Of a stretch of DNA of 64,000 bases, positions 28,587 through 38,536 are shown one piece after another. This DNA comes from a virus (lineage: Duplodnaviria > Caudoviricetes). The notes below the pieces were generated by a model. That model was not told where the DNA came from, ran no database searches, and worked only from the letters and a program-made list of their open reading frames with translations. Positions within the stretch are counted from its first letter, which is position 1. Every line of letters begins with the position of its first letter. The translations under genes were made by a program, and so were the position numbers. The stretch is taken from IMG/VR virus record IMGVR_UViG_2648501258_000001, positions 33,613 through 97,612 of that record; one strand, 5' to 3'.

Positions 28587-29099
28587 TTAGAACGAGTTGA
28601 TGAACTCCGACCCTTTCCCAGAGATGTAGTCAATAGCGCCATTAGCAGAATCGAACAGGTCAAATCCTTGTCTAGCGTTACCACCAACACCACCGTCAAT
28701 AAAGTCGAGGCATTCGATTTCCCACTTATATGTTCCCAGTTCCCCGGACAATCCAATATCAGGATATGCACCAAGGAAGCACTCTGTAGATTGATAGAAG
28801 GTTGTACCACTCTTATCGTTCACAGAGAATTCAAGTCGTGCAGATTGATTACGTCTATCTTGCACTAGCGTTGAGGTAAAGATATCGTTTGTGATTGAAG
28901 TTTGTAGAACTTCTACAGTCACAGTTGCATAGAGGTCGGGGTTGAATACACGAGTGTGTTTCCCACGGATGCCACGGCGGACTGTGAAAGGGCGAGCGCC
29001 CTTCCATTGAAGAGTAACGGATACGATACCCGTAAGAATATAACCGCAAAGGATGAGTTTAACATCCGAAGGGCTGTACGTCAAGACGTCAGAAGCCAT
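28587..29099 (-). CDS. Tail tube-like protein
   Basis: TYSPSDV, LQTS..N. Confidence 0.7.
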   Translation of the reverse strand: MASDVLTYSPSDVKLILCGYILTGIVSVTLQWKGARPFTVRRGIRGKHTRVFNPDLYATVTVEVLQTSITNDIFTSTLVQDRRNQSARLEFSVNDKSGTTFYQSTECFLGAYPDIGLSGELGTYKWEIECLDFIDGGVGGNARQGFDLFDSANGAIDYISGKGSEFINSF

Positions 29100-29109
29100 T
29101 TATTTCTCC

Positions 29110-29613
29110 TTAGAAAACGCCGAACTGTTTGAGAATCGGCAGGGTTGCACTACTGATCAACAGTGCGTCTTCGATCAGGCTTGTATCTTCGTTGCCACCG
29201 ATTGCCAAGATCACGTCAGAGCATCCAAACACCCATGTACGTTCTCCCATATCAGTGCCAAATGTAATCTCTGGAATCTGCTCAATCCAAGCTGTTCCAG
29301 CGAGGAATGTAGTCTGTCCACGTCCATCTTTAATGAACAGAGGGAATTTACCCATCTTTGTAACTGTATCCACATTGTGGATCATGTGTAGGACGTTGTT
29401 GCTCGAAGATGATTGCATCAACGTCAGTTCAACTTTGTATCCTGCATCGTCAAAGTACATACGGGCTTGCTCACCATCCATAGCTCTTACTTTGCTGAAC
29501 GGTTTCAAGTCTTTTGTGATTCGAACGAAAGTTCCATCAATGTACCCAGATACAGAATGCATTCCTGCAATTGTTACTGTTACATCAGATGGAGAGTATG
29601 TCGAGAGTCCCAT
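29110..29613 (-). CDS. Tail tube-like protein (DUF3277-like)
   Basis: TYSPSDV, LMQSSSSN, IKD..G. Confidence 0.75.
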   Translation of the reverse strand: MGLSTYSPSDVTVTIAGMHSVSGYIDGTFVRITKDLKPFSKVRAMDGEQARMYFDDAGYKVELTLMQSSSSNNVLHMIHNVDTVTKMGKFPLFIKDGRGQTTFLAGTAWIEQIPEITFGTDMGERTWVFGCSDVILAIGGNEDTSLIEDALLISSATLPILKQFGVF

Positions 29614-29677
29614 GTGATTTCTCCTACAGTAGAAATGAAAAAGGGGCCGCCATCGTTAGATGGAAGCCCCAGCGATG

Positions 29678-30205
29678 TTATCCAACCCACTTAGCGTCGA
29701 TTGATCTACCCAGTACCGTAATAACGTCTTGGTCTTCTGGTGAGAGAACCGCGTTACCACCGATGTAGGTGTCAAGGTTGTGAGCGTGCAATACCCAGTC
29801 ACGTGTCTGCATCGAGTTAGCGAATGCAGAGTTTGGAACTACTCCAACATAAGCATCATCACTAAAGAATCGGCTACGTCCAGAGGCGTCAGAGATTTGC
29901 AGAGCAAACAAACCAGAGCTGTTACGGCTAGCCGCGTCGTTTGCATACAGCAAAGACAGGATATCGTTAGAGGCAGAAGTTTGTTGCAAGCTCAGAGTGA
30001 TTGTTGCACTCTTATTTGCGTTGTAAATTCGAGTAGATGTATTGTCTGCACCAGTGTACATGGTGAATGTTTCAGCAACACGTTCAATGTTGACAATACT
30101 ATCTTCGCTATATCCACTCACAATGTGAGCAATACCCGAAGAGCGTTGAGTGATAACGACGTTCACGTCATTTGGAGCGAACGTTGCTAGACGTTGAGTA
30201 GCCAT
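29678..30205 (-). CDS. Tail tube protein (DUF3277-like)
   Basis: GAD, LQQTSASN; follows sheath; terminator downstream at ~29638-29670. Confidence 0.82.
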   Translation of the reverse strand: MATQRLATFAPNDVNVVITQRSSGIAHIVSGYSEDSIVNIERVAETFTMYTGADNTSTRIYNANKSATITLSLQQTSASNDILSLLYANDAASRNSSGLFALQISDASGRSRFFSDDAYVGVVPNSAFANSMQTRDWVLHAHNLDTYIGGNAVLSPEDQDVITVLGRSIDAKWVG

Positions 30206-30237
30206 TGATTATCTCCTAGTTGGGGATGTAACCGTAA

Positions 30238-31524
30238 TTAAACGGTTACAGTTCCACGAATTTTGACGAAGTGGATAGCGCCAGCCAGACGAGCTTCGAA
30301 TGTGATGCCTTCAAAGATACGTTGGGCACGCAGGTTAGCTGCTACAGACAATACATCTGGGACAGTAACAATTGGAGCTGGGCTCTCTGCTAGACCACCG
30401 GCACGGATACCATCATTCAATTGGGCACGAATTTCAGCCTCAATGATTGCAGCACCAGCAGATGTGTAAGGGATTTTCTTACTGTTCGCCATACGGAACC
30501 AGAGACGTTCTTTCATACGCTGCTCTAGCCAGTCTACAAACACCATAACGTCGATCCATTCACCACCGAACATCTTACCGCCGATAGTTGTGTTAAGCCC
30601 ACCAACAGTCTCGTAGGTGTTCCCACTCTTAGCTTGGATGTTCTTCGACTCTGTGTCAGACAGTCTGCTCACTGCAAACCCTTGTAGAGTCTTGTAAGCC
30701 CAGGTGTTGGAGCCCGGTTGTTCTTGCAGCTGGTATCCTACCCACGCACACTCTGGGTAATTTGTATCAGCATCCGCAGACCACAACCCGAAAGTACGCT
30801 GGTAGCTAAGAGCTTTCAACTGGCTGAACAGGTCAGTAGTTCCAGTAGACTTGATATCCAGGGCAGACGATGAAGTTGCGAATACTTTCTTCTTGGCTTC
30901 GATGTTAGCAGCAACCGCCAATACATCCGCAGTTGTGTGAGATTCGATAGTCAATGCATACCAAGTGTCATCAGCGGCTTGAACTGCATCAACAGTGTTT
31001 GCCCACGATTCAGTAGCTGGTTGTGCAGCCACGGACATGTTGGTAGATACTTTCAGGGACCAATCAACAGTGGATGTGATAGTAGCAGTCCCGTCTGTGT
31101 TGTCCACAAATGTTACGCCAGCTACTGGAGCAACCTCGTAAGCTGTTTTAAGACCTTCGATAATGTCGATAGCAGTGTCAGCTGTTACAGTGGTGTAACT
31201 GATTGGAAGACCATTGATTGTCAGCACGTAGCTTGTTGCAATAACTACAGAAGCAACGTTAAGTGTTACTCCGGGAATCTGACGACGACCGATAACAATA
31301 TTAGCTGGTTTCAGTGTCTGTCCGAACAGCTTAGAAGCTGCGACATACGCTGAATCGGTAGCAGAAAAGTCCTCAGCTACAGCAAGCAGTGAGCTATATG
31401 TGCGGGCACGTTCAACAAAGTTAAGGTGCGAGGAAATGAATAGAGGGACGTTGAAATTAGTCTGAGCAACCGCAGCAGTTTCTCGGCTGATCTGAATATC
31501 AATAATGTCCGTAAGTTGAGTCAT
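30238..31524 (-). CDS. Tail sheath protein (DUF3383-like)
   Basis: PGS.TWAYK.L.G, WIDV....DWL, KIPYT..G, LAGAIH.V.I.GTV. Confidence 0.9.
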   Translation of the reverse strand: MTQLTDIIDIQISRETAAVAQTNFNVPLFISSHLNFVERARTYSSLLAVAEDFSATDSAYVAASKLFGQTLKPANIVIGRRQIPGVTLNVASVVIATSYVLTINGLPISYTTVTADTAIDIIEGLKTAYEVAPVAGVTFVDNTDGTATITSTVDWSLKVSTNMSVAAQPATESWANTVDAVQAADDTWYALTIESHTTADVLAVAANIEAKKKVFATSSSALDIKSTGTTDLFSQLKALSYQRTFGLWSADADTNYPECAWVGYQLQEQPGSNTWAYKTLQGFAVSRLSDTESKNIQAKSGNTYETVGGLNTTIGGKMFGGEWIDVMVFVDWLEQRMKERLWFRMANSKKIPYTSAGAAIIEAEIRAQLNDGIRAGGLAESPAPIVTVPDVLSVAANLRAQRIFEGITFEARLAGAIHFVKIRGTVTV

Positions 31525-31538
31525 GTTGGTACTCCTGA

Positions 31539-32114
31539 TTATGGATTGGGTGTTGTAATGTCGAAGTGAGTATTGATGATGTGGTCAGGTTCTCTTCCGG
31601 CGTCGTGGTAAATACCATTCACACCAGTAACAGCAATCCAATCAATATCATCTACAGTCATCGAGCAATATGCGAATGTCACGTCTAATTGGTAGACCAT
31701 GTACATATCAGTGTCGCGTTTTACTGGCAAACGTCTTGCAGACATTTTCTTATGAAGAGCCAGCCGGTTCAACTTCATCAGCTCAAACCCTTTAGGAGTT
31801 CTCATAGCTAGTTCAAGTTGGTGAGCCATTTCCGCAGTTGTTGTATTGTCGTCATACTTCCCGACGAATTCGAATCTGACCTGAGTCAAACTATCTTGAA
31901 TTGTTGTTGTAACAGATTCTCCAGTTAGGAGATTGACTTCTCCGAGGTGGGAAGTGTATTGCTGTCCAATCGTTTCAAGCTTTCTGACGTCAATCACCAT
32001 ATAAGGTGATACAGGGTCTTCATTGTTTGCATAAGCGAAGATGATAGTCCAGGCAGGGAACAACCCAATCACTAGATCATACAAACTGTCTTCAAGGTCT
32101 TTATAGATGTTCAT
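31539..32114 (-). CDS. Tail completion/neck protein
   Basis: Synteny upstream of sheath. Confidence 0.65.
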   Translation of the reverse strand: MNIYKDLEDSLYDLVIGLFPAWTIIFAYANNEDPVSPYMVIDVRKLETIGQQYTSHLGEVNLLTGESVTTTIQDSLTQVRFEFVGKYDDNTTTAEMAHQLELAMRTPKGFELMKLNRLALHKKMSARRLPVKRDTDMYMVYQLDVTFAYCSMTVDDIDWIAVTGVNGIYHDAGREPDHIINTHFDITTPNP

Positions 32115-32479
32115 GTCAGTTCCACTCGCATGCAGATTGCTTTGTAGTGGTTTAGCACTCCCATCTCGTAGTTGATGACCTTCATCACTTCATACAAGTC
32201 TCCTTGCCAAGTGAAGCGGTCAGCAGAGTGCCCAGAAGGGCCTTCCTTCAACGAACGCAGTGCAGCTCCATTCGTGTACACCTTGAGGCATGCTTTCGAT
32301 CTGTCAGCCTCTGGGAGCATAATGGTGTCGGATGATTTCAACACCGGCTGTACGTTGCATACAACCACAAGTGTAGACGTTGCACCAGGGACAGGACGTC
32401 CTCGATCCAGGGTTTGCTTCTCTCTGCGAGTTACAGTGAGGCTCACACGCCCAGTGGATAGTAATGGTGGATATAGCAT
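32111..32479 (-). CDS. Head-tail adaptor/closure protein
   Basis: NVQP, LPE..R, ADRF.WQG..YEV. Confidence 0.7.
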   Translation of the reverse strand: MLYPPLLSTGRVSLTVTRREKQTLDRGRPVPGATSTLVVVCNVQPVLKSSDTIMLPEADRSKACLKVYTNGAALRSLKEGPSGHSADRFTWQGDLYEVMKVINYEMGVLNHYKAICMRVELT

Positions 32480-32488
32480 ATTACCTCC

Positions 32489-32956
32489 TTATCGGCGGGT
32501 GATTTGAAACTTGACTGAATTCATCATGAACTCTGTGTCACGTAGGGGAGTATTCCTTCCTTCCTTCCTAGCAATAGTCTCTGGAGAGTTACTACCGGGA
32601 TAGTTCAGAATCATTACTTTCATTGACTCAGCAATATCATCGCCAAGCTCTTGCAGTAATCTGTCCACTGCTCTGCCGTTGGTCAATGCACTAAGAAAGA
32701 TAGCCTTAACCATCTTGCCCATGTGTGTTTGTGTCATGCCATCAGCGAATGTCTCTTCCATGAATGGTCGAGTTGGATTGTGTACAGTACCGAATTCGTT
32801 GTAATAGGCGACTTGAGCTACAGGGAGATTATCGTTCTCTGGTCCATACCTGTCTTCTTCAAAGAAGCCAACGTCGATATCAGTATTATTTAATTTGGCC
32901 AGCCGTTTTTGAAGGGCTGGGAGTTTTCGTGTTTCTACTTTAAAAGTAAAGCCCAT
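32489..32956 (-). CDS. Neck protein
   Basis: VA.YNEFGT...P.RPF, NSPETI.RK...PL.DT. Confidence 0.78.
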   Translation of the reverse strand: MGFTFKVETRKLPALQKRLAKLNNTDIDVGFFEEDRYGPENDNLPVAQVAYYNEFGTVHNPTRPFMEETFADGMTQTHMGKMVKAIFLSALTNGRAVDRLLQELGDDIAESMKVMILNYPGSNSPETIARKEGRNTPLRDTEFMMNSVKFQITRR

Positions 32957-33392
32957 AAGAGTCTCCACAATTACCTTCAAGAACACTATTACGTCTTTCG
33001 ATCTTATATAGACCAATCCCAATACGGAAGTTGTCTGGATCGCATCTGTTGGCTTGCATGTCTGACCTAGAAATACCACCAGCATAAGGAACAGCGAGGC
33101 TGATTGAAATGTTAGGGTCTTTCAGGATTAGTTGCAGAGCTTTCATGTAGTTGTTGAACCAATCACCACCGTAGACTTCAATGTCTCCAGTACGTTCTCG
33201 GGTCATACGTGTAAGTTTGAACAGGATGGCTCTTACAGCATCCATTGTCGCTCTTCTTTCATTCCCGTTGGCAGCGTCCAGGAAATACTGGTAATCTGCG
33301 TCAGCGAGCATTTCCATATCGTCCCAGATATCACCAACGTTTAGTCGGATACGGTCGATAGGATTGTTTGCGGGATCATTTTGATAGGGCAT
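32940..33392 (-). CDS. Head-tail connector protein
   Basis: DRIRL.VGD, PYAGGIS..D. Confidence 0.75.
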   Translation of the reverse strand: MPYQNDPANNPIDRIRLNVGDIWDDMEMLADADYQYFLDAANGNERRATMDAVRAILFKLTRMTRERTGDIEVYGGDWFNNYMKALQLILKDPNISISLAVPYAGGISRSDMQANRCDPDNFRIGIGLYKIERRNSVLEGNCGDSYGLYF

Positions 33393-33897
33393 TGTATCCT
33401 CTCTTGGTCGGAATACCTATTGTATCTCCTGCACGTGTTTCTTTCTGTGCCCAAGTCCTCAATGTCTTCTCAGAGAGTTGACTGAAAGGTTCAAGGGTTC
33501 TGATTTGATCACAAGAGCAGCCCATTATGTAAAGCACCACGGCTTGCCTAACTTCTTCGGCAGAGAACTTTGATTTGTGATTGTGTTGACCTTGTTTGGG
33601 TCTTCCGCCACCACCGCCGAGTTGGTGATTGGTCAGTCTTCCAGATTTATTATGTTGTTCGATCCAGTAGCGTTCCTTCTCTTCCCACTCTGACTCAGAG
33701 ACTTCCTCCAAGAGAATAATCTCTGGAAGTTTGCCATCCGCAATCAATGCTCGTATCCACTTGGCCTTGTGTCCAGCCTCCCCATGTTTGGAAGAGTATA
33801 CGTGTTGAGCTTTTCTTTTCGCGATGGACTTTCCAGTCTTTCCGACATATCGAATCTCTTGGGCATCTGGCGAAACAAGTGCATAAATGTACGGCAT
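33376..33897 (-). CDS. GIY-YIG homing endonuclease
   Basis: YIYAL..P...IRYVGKT....R, E..WI, LTN...GG. Confidence 0.85.
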   Translation of the reverse strand: MPYIYALVSPDAQEIRYVGKTGKSIAKRKAQHVYSSKHGEAGHKAKWIRALIADGKLPEIILLEEVSESEWEEKERYWIEQHNKSGRLTNHQLGGGGGRPKQGQHNHKSKFSAEEVRQAVVLYIMGCSCDQIRTLEPFSQLSEKTLRTWAQKETRAGDTIGIPTKRGYNALSK

Positions 33898-33941
33898 TGA
33901 AATCCCCTTCTGGAAAGCAAAGAAAGGGAGCATGAAGCTCC

Positions 33942-34229
33942 CTAGTTAAGATGGTCTTTATTCAAGTGTGTTTTCAACCGATGACAATTGGCACACAATG
34001 TTTGGAGATTGTCCGGTTCATTGTTTTGACGATTACCGTCGATATGATCAACATCTAACTGGCAAGGATGGACAGCCACGAATCCGCAGAACTCGCATCT
34101 GTCCATCTTGTATCTACGATACGAAAACCCTTGCCTGTTTTTGACCTTGCACGCTCGATTGCAGAACACCTTATCCTTTCTTTTCGCAATGAAATGGGAG
34201 CCACATGTACGACATTCTCTATTGTACAT
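33942..34229 (-). CDS. HNH endonuclease
   Basis: CEFCG, LDVDHIDGN..NN...NL..LCANCH. Confidence 0.88.
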   Translation of the reverse strand: MYNRECRTCGSHFIAKRKDKVFCNRACKVKNRQGFSYRRYKMDRCEFCGFVAVHPCQLDVDHIDGNRQNNEPDNLQTLCANCHRLKTHLNKDHLN

Positions 34230-34246
34230 TATAAGCTCCCCGTCAA

Positions 34247-35305
34247 TTAGGCACCAACGATACCTTTAACGATCAACTGTGGGCGACGTAGGACGCTCAA
34301 GAAGTTAGATTCGGTTTGGATTTCGATCAGTTGACCACGGTTATCACCGTATTCAAAGGCGTACATCTCTTGCCCTTGAGTGTTGATGAAGTCGAAGTGG
34401 TCTGCTGGAGCGTGGTAGGTAACGAAGTTATCGCTCGACCCTTGGTTGCTTGGCAAGAAGTAAACTTCGCCAGCAGGGATGTAACGAACACCATCTGGAC
34501 CCACACCACGGTATTCCACGTAAGTGATGCTACCGATTGTGAATTCACGGTAACGGTCATCGTAGCCAGAAGCTGTCAGACGATCACGTAGGATTTGTGG
34601 AGATTGCTGGTACGCAAGGTACAAAGCTTTCATTGTTGGGTGGCCGATCAACTTCGAGAAGAATTCTGGCGAAGCGATAGCGTAGATATCACCACGAACA
34701 GTTCCGTCCATTGCGTTGTCCTGAATAGCAGCGAAAACTTGTTCAGTCTTAGCGATGATATCAGTAGTAGCAGTGTTCAGTTCGAAGTCAACAGTTGTAC
34801 GTGTTGCACCAAACTGTGTGTACCAGTCATAAGTAACTGTACCGTTTGGAGCGTAGGCAGTACCAGTTGTAATGGTGTGCCAGATAGCTTTTTCTTTTGT
34901 AGCCGACCAGCTTTGACGGATGGTTTCCAGTTTACGGGCACGAACAGCGGCCAGAGTTTCCAGAACGTCAACACCGAAAGCACGCTTACCTTGGATATCA
35001 CGTGGAGTGATTGCATCGTCGAGTGTGAAGTGTGGAACAGCAAAGCTCATCATACGACGAGTGTGATCCATGCTTACTTGGTGACGCTGACCACGGTGTA
35101 CGTCAGTTACCAGACCGAAACCTTTAGTGATTTCTTCAAGAGTAATAGACTCTTGGTTGGTAGTGTCCATGTTGAAGATGCCGAGTTGTTGGCCCAGGCC
35201 CCAAATGTTGGGAACGATCATCAGTGGAGCTGTCAGGTCGGTGTATTCGTAGTTGTTGTTGGCAAAGCTACGAACAGCGGCCTTAGCGATTTGAACTTGA
35301 GACAT
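34247..35305 (-). CDS. Major capsid protein (phage major capsid E-like)
   Basis: VPHF..DD.I...DIQG.R.FG, EIQTESN.L....RP. Confidence 0.9.
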   Translation of the reverse strand: MSQVQIAKAAVRSFANNNYEYTDLTAPLMIVPNIWGLGQQLGIFNMDTTNQESITLEEITKGFGLVTDVHRGQRHQVSMDHTRRMMSFAVPHFTLDDAITPRDIQGKRAFGVDVLETLAAVRARKLETIRQSWSATKEKAIWHTITTGTAYAPNGTVTYDWYTQFGATRTTVDFELNTATTDIIAKTEQVFAAIQDNAMDGTVRGDIYAIASPEFFSKLIGHPTMKALYLAYQQSPQILRDRLTASGYDDRYREFTIGSITYVEYRGVGPDGVRYIPAGEVYFLPSNQGSSDNFVTYHAPADHFDFINTQGQEMYAFEYGDNRGQLIEIQTESNFLSVLRRPQLIVKGIVGA

Positions 35306-35321
35306 TTATATGCTCCTTGAA

Positions 35322-35708
35322 TTAGTTAACAGACACGTCGATTTGATCGACCGCGAAGATTTGCAGGGTAGCCAACTTAGTGAAGGCAGTTTGTTTCTGC
35401 ACGTCAGTTGTTACGTCAGCTCCGAAGATCAGAGCGCGTTTACCAACTTTAGCTTTACCACGAGCAAGAACCAATACCTTGGTAAACTCAGCAGCAGATG
35501 GACGGGTCAGGTCATCAATCAAAATGTAAGTAGCGTCAGCCAGAGTAGCTGCAACTACAAGTTGCCCAGTGCTGTCTAGGACAGAACCAGTCAATGTTGC
35601 GTTTGTTGCTGATTTGTTCAACACTTCACGAGTTGTTCCGCTGTCTGGGAATTCTTCCCATTTCAGCCAGTTGCTCAGACGTTGCACATCAGATGCGTAA
35701 ATAGCCAT
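35322..35708 (-). CDS. Head decoration protein
   Basis: Position before MCP, VLARG...V motif. Confidence 0.7.
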   Translation of the reverse strand: MAIYASDVQRLSNWLKWEEFPDSGTTREVLNKSATNATLTGSVLDSTGQLVVAATLADATYILIDDLTRPSAAEFTKVLVLARGKAKVGKRALIFGADVTTDVQKQTAFTKLATLQIFAVDQIDVSVN

Positions 35709-35727
35709 TGTTTATTTCTCCGTAGAA

Positions 35728-36612
35728 TTATTTGCCGTATTTGGCTTTAAGGATTGCAGTTGTAGCGTCAACTTCGTCAGCGGTTTTAACGCCATCGCCA
35801 GCTACACCAGTTTCTTTGAACATATCTGATTGATCAGCTACAGCTTTTTGTACAGCCAGAGTTTCAACAACAGCGGTAAAGGCTTCTGCGTCCAATGGAG
35901 CAAGAGACTTCATCAGAGCTTCAACTTTGTCAGCAGGGACGCCAGCAGTTGCTAGGGACTCTTGACGGGCTTTTGTAACAGCAGCAACAGCAGCAGTTTC
36001 GAACTCAGCAAGTTTTTCTTCGGCAGCTTTCAGCACTACTGCTTGAGCATCTAGAGACTTCTGTACTTCTGCAACAGCCTCAGTTACGGCTTTGGTCACG
36101 AACTCTTCGTGAGCCGATTTCAGGATGGTTTCCAATTGAGTTTCCTCTTGTTTGATAGGTTGTTCTGGAAGAGCGGCAAAAGCTTTCTCCAGCATTTCTT
36201 GATCGGCCATGAGGGCCAGATGTTGTTCTGGAGTCAGAGCTGCAAGAGCCTTCTCCACGTCTTGGGCTTTGTACACCGATTTCATAATACCAATGGATTC
36301 TACGCGAGAGTCGATGTAATCTTTCTCGGTAGAGTCTGGATATTCAGTACGGCCATAACCCATAACAGCAGAAAGAACTTCTGCATCATCCCAGTAAAGT
36401 CCGAAGAACTTACGAAGGAATTCAGGGAACTGCATTGTCACAGTAACAGTCGAGGCTTTCTCGATTTGTTCTTGTGTAATTGTGTTTGTTGCTTTAGTGA
36501 TAAGAGTGGTGATCCCATTAGCTGGGCCACCTTGGTGCTTACCAACTAGAGCTACGTGAGCGCCTTCGTGTTCGAACTTAATGTCCGTAAGGCGACGTGT
36601 GGCTTTTGTCAT
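35728..36612 (-). CDS. Scaffold protein
   Basis: HVALV...QGGPANG N-terminus, Ala/Glu/Lys-rich coiled coil. Confidence 0.75.
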   Translation of the reverse strand: MTKATRRLTDIKFEHEGAHVALVGKHQGGPANGITTLITKATNTITQEQIEKASTVTVTMQFPEFLRKFFGLYWDDAEVLSAVMGYGRTEYPDSTEKDYIDSRVESIGIMKSVYKAQDVEKALAALTPEQHLALMADQEMLEKAFAALPEQPIKQEETQLETILKSAHEEFVTKAVTEAVAEVQKSLDAQAVVLKAAEEKLAEFETAAVAAVTKARQESLATAGVPADKVEALMKSLAPLDAEAFTAVVETLAVQKAVADQSDMFKETGVAGDGVKTADEVDATTAILKAKYGK

Positions 36613-37076
36613 TATGTAAGTTCCTCAACGGTTGCCAGAGCGTTAATAGAAACGCCATTAATATCACCACTCTTAACGCCGTCCCACAATGCATCACCAG
36701 TGTCAGTTTCAGGGAAGTAGTACCACTGGAGCCATGCTCCTTTCTTGATCACACGTCCATCATCTAGCTCGAATGAGGCAGGGGTAATGAATGATTGAAC
36801 AATCTGTGCTTCTTCTGTTTCAACTTGGTGGAAGATATTTGCAGTATTGCAGTGAGTGTTGAAGTTGTTGCAAGCTTTCTCGATTTCTTCGGCAGTGTAT
36901 GTATCACCGTGAAGATCGTCTGTTGTTGCACCATCTTGCGGTTCAAGGACAACAAACAACGCCATGCGCTTTTCTGTATCGAGAGCTTTAGTGATTTCTA
37001 CTTGAGGCTCATCTTTAGCTGATCCGCCAAAGTGCTTCTCAATGAGGGCTGCAAGGCCCTCAATAAGTGTGGTCAT
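36612..37076 (-). CDS. Prohead protease (XkdF-like serine protease)
   Basis: VLEP...D.HGD, KKGAW, W..VKSG.INGVSI. Confidence 0.8.
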   Translation of the reverse strand: MTTLIEGLAALIEKHFGGSAKDEPQVEITKALDTEKRMALFVVLEPQDGATTDDLHGDTYTAEEIEKACNNFNTHCNTANIFHQVETEEAQIVQSFITPASFELDDGRVIKKGAWLQWYYFPETDTGDALWDGVKSGDINGVSINALATVEELT

Positions 37077-37084
37077 GTTAACTC

Positions 37085-38527
37085 CTATGCGTTATTCGCG
37101 GCAGAGTTATCTCGGCCACTAGCTGTTTTGGATGCTCCGTTCCCAACGCCCGCTTGTCCAGCTTGGCTTTGGCCTCCCATGATTTCATCCTCTTTTACAG
37201 GGGCGTCATCTGGGCGACGAACAATCTTGAGTGCGTCACGAATCTTGTTCATAACAGGACGGTCACGTTCAAGACCACCAACACTACCAATACGTTGAAT
37301 GGCTTTGGAGAACTCATCAAGGTCAACTTCATCAAGATCACCATAGATTAGCTTAGGAAGCTTAACATCTGGTGCTACACCGTTCATTGCAAACAGTTGC
37401 TTAACTAGGTCGTTGTTGAGTACATCTTGGATTTCTTGGAGACGGGCTTCGATAGCCATCGCCATAATGTTTGTTTTTGCACCAGCTAGAGAGTAGCTAC
37501 CAACTTGGTCTTGGCCCATCTTCAACATATCAGCAAACAATACCATCAGGATTTTATTGTCCCAACGCTTAATGATTGCGTCTGTGTCGTACATCTTTCC
37601 ACCTTGTGTGGAAGTCAGTTCAAACTTGAAGAGAGGTTGACGACTGTCAGGGTCAAATGCTTGAGGAAGAATCAAACCACTTTGTTCGTTCATCTGGATA
37701 TTCCGAATGACGTTCTTGTAGTATTCGTAGATGGCTTTCTCAGCGTCTGAGGCATCAGCACTCATATAACGTGGAGGAAGATACAATGTAGGCATACCGT
37801 TCATGTCACGTGTGACACCAACTGCCTCTTGTTCTTCGATCAGTGTGCGATACTTCCAAGCGTGGTATGCAGCTCGAAGAGGACTATTGCCTTCCGGGTT
37901 GTCACGCTTTGCATCGACTCTGAATAGTAGGAATTTCTTACGTGGGATATCAACAGTTCCAGTCGCATTCAATAGCTTGGCATAACGATCTGTACCGTCT
38001 GTGATCGTCGCTAGGCTCTGCTGGACACCGATTAGGTCACGCCCGTCATCCGAGTATAGCCATTTGTTGATCGTGTCCTGGGAGCGAACTGGGAGCTTCT
38101 TGAAGCCCACCTTGTTGTCATTGTACGCAGAACCATTGTCCCATGTACGACGACGATATACTTTCTCGTTAATGCAATACCCATAAGTAAATGCACTGGT
38201 AACTTCTTGAATGAAGCTACGCCAACTTTGATCCATGTCGTTCATTACTTCTTCAAGGAACTTGGCGTTAGCTTTCATTTCAGGGGTTGGGTCAATACCC
38301 ATATCAACAATCCAATCTACACGACTCACCATCATTTCAAATAGTGAGAGGGCGCTAGCCACTGTAGCATCTTGTGCCATCGTGCGGAATGTTCTATTGG
38401 CTTCTGGGAAGCGAAGCTCTCTACGAGCTTCTTCTTGGATGCGACCACCGTGTTGTTTGAGTCCTACGACACCCATCTCACCAAGTCTAAGACGTGGGAT
38501 AGATGCCTTTTCAATTTCTTCGGTCAT
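37085..38527 (-). CDS. Portal protein
   Basis: Follows TerL; NPEG.SPLR, G..RD..G.P, GSYSLA. Confidence 0.88.
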   Translation of the reverse strand: MTEEIEKASIPRLRLGEMGVVGLKQHGGRIQEEARRELRFPEANRTFRTMAQDATVASALSLFEMMVSRVDWIVDMGIDPTPEMKANAKFLEEVMNDMDQSWRSFIQEVTSAFTYGYCINEKVYRRRTWDNGSAYNDNKVGFKKLPVRSQDTINKWLYSDDGRDLIGVQQSLATITDGTDRYAKLLNATGTVDIPRKKFLLFRVDAKRDNPEGNSPLRAAYHAWKYRTLIEEQEAVGVTRDMNGMPTLYLPPRYMSADASDAEKAIYEYYKNVIRNIQMNEQSGLILPQAFDPDSRQPLFKFELTSTQGGKMYDTDAIIKRWDNKILMVLFADMLKMGQDQVGSYSLAGAKTNIMAMAIEARLQEIQDVLNNDLVKQLFAMNGVAPDVKLPKLIYGDLDEVDLDEFSKAIQRIGSVGGLERDRPVMNKIRDALKIVRRPDDAPVKEDEIMGGQSQAGQAGVGNGASKTASGRDNSAANNA

Positions 38528-38536
38528 GGCCTCGCC